DNA of 64,000 bases, taken from Octopus vulgaris (lineage: Eukaryota). Made by a program: the position numbers and the translations under genes. The stretch covers positions 125,736,001 through 125,800,000 of the forward strand of contig OX597818.1 of assembly GCA_951406725.2 (NCBI GenBank), given 5' to 3'. The notes under the pieces are model-generated. The model saw only the letters and a list, made by a program, of their open reading frames with translations, searched no databases and had not been told where the DNA came from. Position 1 is the stretch's first letter. Each line of letters begins with the position of its first letter. Below are positions 54,050 through 64,000 of this stretch, piece after piece.

Positions 54050-54422
54050 CGTGTAAATCCCAAACAAGGATAACATTGAATATGTACTGTAACATACTTT
54101 CGTTAATTATTTTAGATATCGAACAGATATAGAGACTATCTCAGCCACCCTAATCTTAACTCCAAGATATGCTAGATGTAAGGAAAGAAAACTACAGGCA
54201 AGTGCTCATTTCAGTTAAATGGACATAAGCAACATGAGGGAAGTACCTTGCTCACGGAGAGGCAACGTGTCACCCGGTCCAATCATCGCAAGCGCAGTCA
54301 TAACACATTGATCACAATGCCTTACTCTTGTATACATATACATATATATATATATATAATACAATTGTTCGTTTGTTTTCCACCTGCCTTCGTCTTTTGT
54401 CTATTTTCATAAAGCTTCCCGT

Positions 54423-54487
<65 letters not shown>

Positions 54488-54591
54488 GTGTGTATGTGTG
54501 TATGTATGTATGTATGTATGTATGTATGTATGTATGCATGTATTATGTATATATATGTCTACACACACACATATACATATTGAGTATACGA

Positions 54592-54658
54592 CAATCAGTA
54601 AGTCATCAGTTTCAAATGCCGGAGGTAAGTGCTTCGAGGCATTTTCATCAGCTATTTG
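54592..54658 (-). ncRNA. Candidate hammerhead motif (stem III poor)
   Basis: Minus strand: caaatag CTGATGA aaatgcc..ggcattt GAAA ctgatgact TA ctgattg; perfect 7-bp stem II. Confidence 0.5.
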
Positions 54659-54734
54659 GACGATAGACACTCAATCGACCAAATAGTTCTATTATGACAA
54701 TTTACTGATTGTCCCATATACATATATATATATA

Positions 54735-54947
54735 AACTTAGATAAACTTAGATATGTTTCGACCAAAGATTGGTCCAGGCCATGTCTAACTTAATAGCAC
54801 CACCTGATAGGATTATCTAAATGCTGTTTAAGTCAAGTTTTGTTTGTGGTCCATTCAAGTAGTGAGTTTTTGTTGGGTGAGTTGTATCCAATTATGGGTG
54901 GCTTACTTGGTATTCCTTGAAGGAATCTATCCAGACTCCGTTTAAAG

Positions 54948-54948
<1 letters not shown>
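54735..54948 (-). mobile_element. CR1-like LINE 3' tail
   Basis: Reverse complement of 31055-31260, ending in (atctaagttt)2. Confidence 0.85.
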
Positions 54949-54993
<45 letters not shown>

Positions 54994-55036
54994 TCATCTA
55001 TTTACGTAATATCGAGGTCTCATTCTTTTGTTGTCA

Positions 55037-55091
<55 letters not shown>

Positions 55092-55458
55092 ATATATATA
55101 TAAGGTTTCAGCCACATATACAAACAAACACGCGCATAAGACCCCGTCACATATTTACATTCCAATCAATATAATATTCACTATATGCTACATTGAAGTA
55201 GCTATATCTCGTCTAGGCATATTGTTAGCTGCGAGTACCCGTCATAGCCCCCAAAACGGCCATGAACTATCCGCTGTTCGCGCAAGCTGCTGCCAGGATG
55301 ATTTGTCGTGTTCTGATATATATTGTCTTTCTAAACTCATCACCTTCAAAAGATAGATTATTACGGACGCAGTAACTTCGCAGACAAAAGTCAAAACTAA
55401 GACTTGCCCTGTGACCCAACAGGTCGCGGGTTGTCTATTATAGATAGATAGATAGATG

Positions 55459-55569
<111 letters not shown>

Positions 55570-55685
55570 GCAATGTTTTCATTTAAAATTTACTAATATG
55601 ACACTTTTGCAAATATTCGAAGTAGCGTCTTGCTCAAGTACATACATATATATATATATACATGTGCATCTGTGTGTGTGTGTTT

Positions 55686-56999
<1,314 letters not shown>

Positions 57000-57074
57000 G
57001 CACACACACACATTGAAAGATTAAATATTGCAATACAAATGTATTACTTTCCAGTCAAATGAAGCATCATATAC

Positions 57075-57107
<33 letters not shown>

Positions 57108-57271
57108 TGTATGTATGTATGTATGTATGTATGTATGTATGTATAAATATATACATATATATGTGCATGTGTATATATATATATACATATATATGTATGT
57201 ATGTATTATGTATGTATATATACATATATATGTATGTATGCACAGACATATATATACATATAAATACACTG

Positions 57272-57309
<38 letters not shown>

Positions 57310-57569
57310 GTGTATATATATATATATGTGTGTATATATACACATATATATTCGTATGTATATGACAAAACCAATTGTCGATATTTTGAATGCGTTTAAT
57401 ACACATCTTTCGGTTTGTGTGTGTTTACGTGCGCGTGCAGCATATGGGTGTCTTCAACATGAATATTTTTATTCAACGGTTTCTCATATACAAGATTTAT
57501 TCTACATTCTATTTGATCTGACGTTTCCTGTTTGCGACACCCATTTTTAATATGTTTGTGTGTATGTGT

Positions 57570-57640
<71 letters not shown>

Positions 57641-58115
57641 ATTTTGACTTTATCGCAAACTAACTTTGATTAATTCCTTTTCATCTCCTGTTTGTTAAAA
57701 TATGCGATGATAATTTGTGGCGCTAGTTCAGTTCTTGCATAATATGGTTCACATGACAAACAAATATTTTCAGAAACCTTATGATGCGTATCACTGTTTA
57801 CTCTAGCTCGACTTCATTCTTTACACTTTATAAAAACTCATCCACTACACAACACCTCCCTTTTCTATATATAATATATTTCTGTGGTATTTATTTCGTT
57901 GCTTGATTTTTTAAAATGTAAACCATGGATTCCTTTCCTTTGATTTCTATTTATGCGTTGACAATCTTTTTCCATTGCACTTTTACCGTTTTCCCTTATC
58001 TCTTCCTATCTCGAACTTGATCTCAACGTTTCTCTCTAACCTCTCCTTTCTCAAACAGTTCTTTATTAAAATACTTTCTTTTTTCTCTCTTTCACCTTCT
58101 GTCTGAGTGTCTGAG

Positions 58116-58147
<32 letters not shown>

Positions 58148-58159
58148 ACTCTGTCTCTC

Positions 58160-58208
<49 letters not shown>

Positions 58209-58526
58209 TTATTTATTTATCTATCTATCTATCTAGCTCACTAGCTAGCTATCACCACCAATACTGCAACCAGGACCATATTAACAACAGCACCGAACGA
58301 GCCAATGAGGAAGTACATTCTACTAAAAGAACCAAGCAAACCGTCCTCATTCACAATCTACCGTCATAGAAAAAGGTAGGTCCTCGGTCCGCTGCGCAGT
58401 TAAAAAAAAACTAGCTGGTCCGCGTAAGAATGCCTTTGATCCTGAGTCTGCTTCATGAAAACCAACACGACGGACAATATATTGTCTTTTAATATTGTCC
58501 TTTAATATAGTCATTTAGTGGCCCAG

Positions 58527-58626
<100 letters not shown>

Positions 58627-58662
58627 GTATGTGTACGTATGAATATAGGTGTGTGTCTGTGA

Positions 58663-58868
58663 AGGCGGCGAGCTGGCAGAAACGTTAGCGTGCCGGGCGA
58701 AATGCTTAGCGCTATTTCGTCTGTCTTTACGTTCTGAGTTCAAACACCACCGAGGTCGACTTTGCCTTTCATCTTTTCAGGGTTGATAAATTTAGTACCA
58801 GTTGCGTACTGGAGTCGATCTAATCGATTGGCTCCCTTCCCCAAAATTTCGGGTCTTGTGCCTAGAGT
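58663..58868 (+). mobile_element. SINE family B copy
   Basis: Same head and core as 8844, different 3' tail (ccccaaaatttcgggtcttgtgcctagag). Confidence 0.87.
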
Positions 58869-59570
58869 ATATAGGTATGTGTGTGCGTGTAAATAAATAT
58901 TATTAAATACGTACATATGTATGTGTGTGAACGTGTGTGTGTGCGTATGTGTGTGTGTGTGTGTGTGTATGTTTATATCTGTATCTGAATATGTGTTTAA
59001 AGACACACGTACGTACATACGCACACAGACAAACATACACATACACACGCACATATATATTATTATGTCTATCTATCTATCTATACGCTCATACACACAC
59101 TCATACATACACACACACACATCCATCCATCCATCCATCCATCCATCCATACATACATACATCCATACATACATGCATACATACTTATATGAATGCATGC
59201 CCCTATATATGTATACTTTCGTACATGCAAAGATATATACACATCCAAATTCACAGTAATAATGCGATTTTAAATTTATTGCGGTGTTACAGTGCATTAG
59301 AGGGGTAAAAAGGGATTTTAATGTCTCCCAAGAAATCGCGAGTCTTTAGCTAATAGAGCTAGGCGAAATACCCTGCTGACGTGAAAGAAAGCAAAAAAAA
59401 GTAATAAAAAAACCCGATAACAATAAAGAAAACAGCAGAACAGCAAACTCCTCTAATCAACTAATCAACCAATCAACAAAATTTTCAACAGTGAAGCAGA
59501 TGGGAAAATAATCATGTGACAGAATGAGTGGGAAAGTGAAGTGGAAGGAGAAGTAAGAGTTTGGTTTATG

Positions 59571-59658
59571 TCAAAGATGTAAAATAGCTGAATGAGACAG
59601 CTCTTTTGACGTTTTGGATTCCATGTCTGATTTGTCAGTGTCCGTTGTAGTGGCTGTC
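59571..59658 (-). CDS. Possible terminal coding exon of an unknown host gene
   Basis: tttagcag acceptor (NAGNAG) then open frame TATTTDTDKSDMESKTSKELSHSAILHL* in non-repetitive sequence; no homology recognised. Confidence 0.2.
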
Positions 59659-60873
59659 CTGCTAAATTATATTAAGCACACATGTTCGTTACGAGAAGGG
59701 GTAAGACCACCCTTGGGATATCTAAGAACGCATGCAATTTTGTAGCTGTGGTTGTAACCAGAATCGAACACACGCCACTTCTTATTTATTTATTTATTTA
59801 TTTAGTTATTTATCATTCTATTTCAAGACAACAAAATGGTAAAATCATCAGGTATCAGATTAGAATATCCAGATGTTTTATTTTTTTCGGTTCTCTACGC
59901 TCTGCGTTCAAATACTGCTTTGGTTAACTTTAACTTTCATGCTTTAGGAATTGATATCAGCATTTCACTAATCTCAGTTTTGAACTGCTATACCTTATTA
60001 TTGCACTTTCTTGATGCATGTACACTCTCAATGTCCATAACTCCGATAATTCTGCATTTTCCCAGTTAAAATGTTTCGATGACTACAAAAAATTTTTGAT
60101 TCGGAACGTATTTAATAAGTGTGTCCCAATACTCATACTTTGAATACTTAAAATTCTTAAAAAGTGAAGCCAAACTTCCACACCACATTCAGTTGGGACA
60201 CCCTGTATCACTTATACTTATTTTACAAATCATAATATTTATTGCTTATTTACAGTTCATACAACATTTTTATGAAACTAATTGAGACATCGAATTTAGA
60301 AATATTTTACAGGTTTCATTGTTTATGTTTTATTACTTTGAATATTGATTTTTTTGTGTGTTCAATTTCCAATTTTTGCTGACAATATCACTTTTCTACT
60401 TTATTTGACACATGAGTAGAAATCATGTCTGGAAGCCTCGTGACAAACTTAAATTGTTGAAAAAAAATCGACAATAGGACCCCTCCAATGGATCCTTCTA
60501 TCTTCTTCCTTGTCAGTTGTTTGACCTTAACCAGTTGAGCATCTCCCTTAGAAGCTGACGATATGTGCATCTCTAATCATGAGCAGAAGTATTGGGTAAA
60601 CATCATAGCCATGTGTTGAGAGGAATTCTTTGGGGTTTGGATAATTTACCTTTGGAAACACCCTTAAGCAACCCTTATTCAGGGATCTTTTGAGTGGGGT
60701 GGACTACTCGACCTGTCATGCGCTGTTAATCTTTATATATGATCATCATGTCGCGCTCATATGGTTATGATGCCTGCTGTATCCTTATCAGATGGGTAGT
60801 CATGATGGGTATACAGAGCTTCGTATATTTGTACCCTAGTGTCACTTTGATGGCATGCACTGCTTTGTCACTC

Positions 60874-60931
<58 letters not shown>

Positions 60932-60934
<3 letters not shown>

Positions 60935-62990
60935 TGAACCAAAAAATTATAGACCCATAACCTGCTTCACAACAATGTATAAAATACTAACAACCGTCTT
61001 GACTGAATATACATATAGTTTTTTAATGGAAAGTGGTATATTCCTTAATGAACAAAAAGGATGTAAACGTGGGTTCTATGGTTGTAAATATCAGCTATTC
61101 ATCAATAAGATGATCTTGGAAGATTGTCACAAACGACAAATAAACTTGTCGATAGCCTGGATAGACTATAAATATGCTTTTGATAGTCTACCACATAGCT
61201 AGGTTAAGAAATGTCTGGTAATATATAAAATAACACATCCTCTGCGAAACTGCTTGTGTGTAAGTTTGAGATCATGGAGAAACACACTGACTTTGAACAG
61301 TGGCAATGAATCTCTCAATGCTGGAGATGTGAGTATTTGATGTGGCATTTACCAGCGTGACTCTCTATCACCACTCCTCTTTTGCTAGCCTTAATACCTC
61401 TCTCGAAATTGCTTGATGATGTACAATATGGCTATAAAATGTTTGATAAAAATATAAATCATCTTTTTTACATGGATGATTTAAAGCTCTTTGCAAAATT
61501 GACCAATAACTACATGGCTTACTAGAAATTGTTAACAATTCAGTGCTGACATCAGGATGAAATTTGGCGTCGATATATGTGCAAAAGCTACCTTTAACAA
61601 AGGAAAAATGATACAAACATCCAACGTTAATCGTGACCAGCAGAATATCATAAAGGAGTTAGAACCAGCGGAAAATTACAAATACCTAGCTGTATTTGAA
61701 GGTGATGGATTCAAATATTCAATGATGAGGGAAAAGATCAGAAATGAATGTTATCGCAGGGTAAGAGCAATACTCAAGACAGAGCTGAATGCAAGAAACA
61801 GGATCGAGGCGATCAATTCCTTTAGCCATACCGGTCGTGACTTTCAGTTTCAATATCATTTACTGGTCAATTACAGAAATATGTAATTTTCACAGAAAAA
61901 TACGAAAATTGTTAACAATGCATAGAATGCACCACCCTAGGGCAGATATAAAAGGACTTTATCTGCCACGAAAAGAGGGTGGTCGTGGGCATTTACAACT
62001 TGAATTAACAATGAAGATTGCCACAATTGACCAAATCCCCTACCTGAAAAACTCAGATGACTGGATATTAAAACTTGTCTCAATGCACGAAAACAAGAAA
62101 ACATCATAACAAAACAGGCAAACAAATATCTAAGTGAATTCCAAATACAACAAACCCCAGAATTAGACTTACTGGAAACAAGCACAGAAAAAGCTAAGCG
62201 TATGAAAACCCGTGCTAAAACTGCTACCTTAGATATTCTTACTGATAAATGGCTGGAAAAGCTCTCAATGGCAAATACCCAAAGAGAGCTTATAATGCTG
62301 ATGTTGATAAAGCCCTTGCCCATCAATGGTTAATGTCTTCTGGCTTAAAATCAGAAACAGAAGGGTTTATCACAGTAGTCCAAGATCAATGCTTACCTAC
62401 AAGGAGTTACCAGGCCAACACATTAAAGAACGGCAGTAGCCCAACATGTCGTGTATGTAAACAAAAAAAATGAAACCATTGATCATGTTGTCTCCATATG
62501 TAGTCTTCATGCGCCTACAGAATATCTCAACAGGTATGATAGAGCAGCACAATATATTCAATGGGTAATTTGCAAAAGCCTGGATTTGCCCCATGATAAA
62601 AACTGGTGGGAACACAAACTACCTCCAGTGCTTGAAAACGACCACATCTCACTTCTCTGGAACTTCCCCGTTCAAATTCACAGATAGTTAGATGCGAATA
62701 GGTCAGACATTATATTGAAGGACTTCAGACAAAAATCATTCCTCGTCATTGATATGACTATCCCAATTGGCATAAATATATCTGTCAAGACCTACCAAAA
62801 ACTGAGCAAGTATAAAGCTCTTGAAATAGCAATTGGCAAAATGTGGAACGTCAAAACTATAACAATAGCTGTTGTCATAGGTGCCTAAAGAATGATAGGA
62901 AAAGGGACTGATTGCTACCTAGCTGAGATACCAGGAAACCCCAAAATGGCAGAAATTCAAAAGATAGTGATCATGGGAACTGCTCTTGTG
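60932..62990 (+). mobile_element. 5'-truncated R4/Dong-clade non-LTR retrotransposon (RT, CCHC, RLE) pseudogene
   Basis: YRPITCFTTMYK, EQKGCKRG, AWIDYKYAFDSLPH, NHLFYMDDLKL, LYLPRKEGGRG, CRVC..ETIDHVVSIC, RSDIILKD..IDMTIP..K.SKY; preceded by (AAT)n at 60874-60931; many stops. Confidence 0.92.
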
Positions 62991-63710
62991 GTCACCTGAC
63001 CTCCTAAAAGCAGCAGTGACATTCCTCCGCCGAAAATTCTATCCCACTGTCTTCAAAAGAGAAAGGAGACAATGTACGCTATATATAAGGCGGAATGGTC
63101 ACGTCTGAAACGCTTTCCACCACGGGTCTGGTTGACTAGATTTGACACATTATCTAAAACCACCACCACCACCAACACCACCACCACCACCAACAACAAT
63201 AACAACAGAAACGCATTGACGTTCCAGTAAGAAGATTCTATACCGTTGCATGACATGCTAGAAACAGCATCTAAATCTATTTCATGTCACACCGTTAAAA
63301 GAAATGGGGGAAAGCGTAGCCTTAGATAAACTGAAAGTATAAGAGAGTGGGCAGGTCACTGTTAGAGCACATTTGAGCAGAGTTCTATCCTATGAGAGTT
63401 GACCTCTATCAAGCTAAACAAAAAAAAAACAGCAACGTCTATTATAGTCATTTTCATCAGCACAACCAACGCCACGACCACCACCACCAACAACAACAAC
63501 AGGAGCAGCAGCAACAATCATTACAACTCATAATGTCTCTTCCAGTACAACCGCTAACACCATCAAAACCAGCTGCCCGCTCGTGCCTTGTCTTGACAAG
63601 TTGGGAAATTACATGTCTGTCAAACGTCAGGTGATACAGCTGTTTGGTCAGTACAGAGGATTGATCATCCTGTTTAGGGAGTCAACGAATACACAGACAC
63701 ACACACACTG

Positions 63711-63747
<37 letters not shown>

Positions 63748-63779
63748 CATATATACATACATATTTTCTTTTCTTTTTT

Positions 63780-64000
63780 TCTTTTTTACTTGTTTCAGTC
63801 ATTTGACTGCGGCCATGCTGGAGCACCGCCTTTTTAATCGAGCAACTCGACCCCGGGACTTATTCTTTGTAAGCCCAGTACTTATTCTATCGGTCTCTTT
63901 TTCCCGAACCGCTAAGTAACAGGGACATAAACACACCAGCATCGGTTGTCAAGCAATGCTAGGGGGACAAACATAGACACACAAACATATACACACACAT
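63780..64000 (-). mobile_element. SINE family A 3' half (runs off the window)
   Basis: tttcagtcatttgactgcggccatgctggagcaccgcc..gaaccgctaagt..aaacacaccagcatcggttgtcaagc. Confidence 0.88.

Overview
AT-rich, microsatellite-saturated eukaryotic intronic or intergenic DNA. The SINE families match what I recall from octopus genomes (inference, no database search). No intact host gene is supported: nearly all ORFs in the track are translations of simple repeats, and one possible terminal exon (59571-59658, minus) is weak. The window is a nested transposon landscape: three tRNA-derived SINE families, decayed RTE, CR1-like, R4/Dong and R2-like LINE fragments, three mariner remnants, two Merlin-like MITEs with 8-bp TSDs, a hAT-like MITE and several non-autonomous Helitrons. 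The main signal is about 12 minimal type I hammerhead ribozyme motifs (CUGANGA-stem II-GAAA-short stem III-UH-stem I) on both strands, from at least 8 apparently unrelated non-coding element families. Most lie next to or inside (TA)n tracts, and some have 5' inversions, pointing to a diverse Penelope-like/retrozyme system. Highlights are a 539-bp unit with 211-bp terminal redundancy (possible circular-RNA template) and a candidate natural U3-A8 compensatory core variant. All folds and alignments were done by eye, and coordinates may be off by a few bases.
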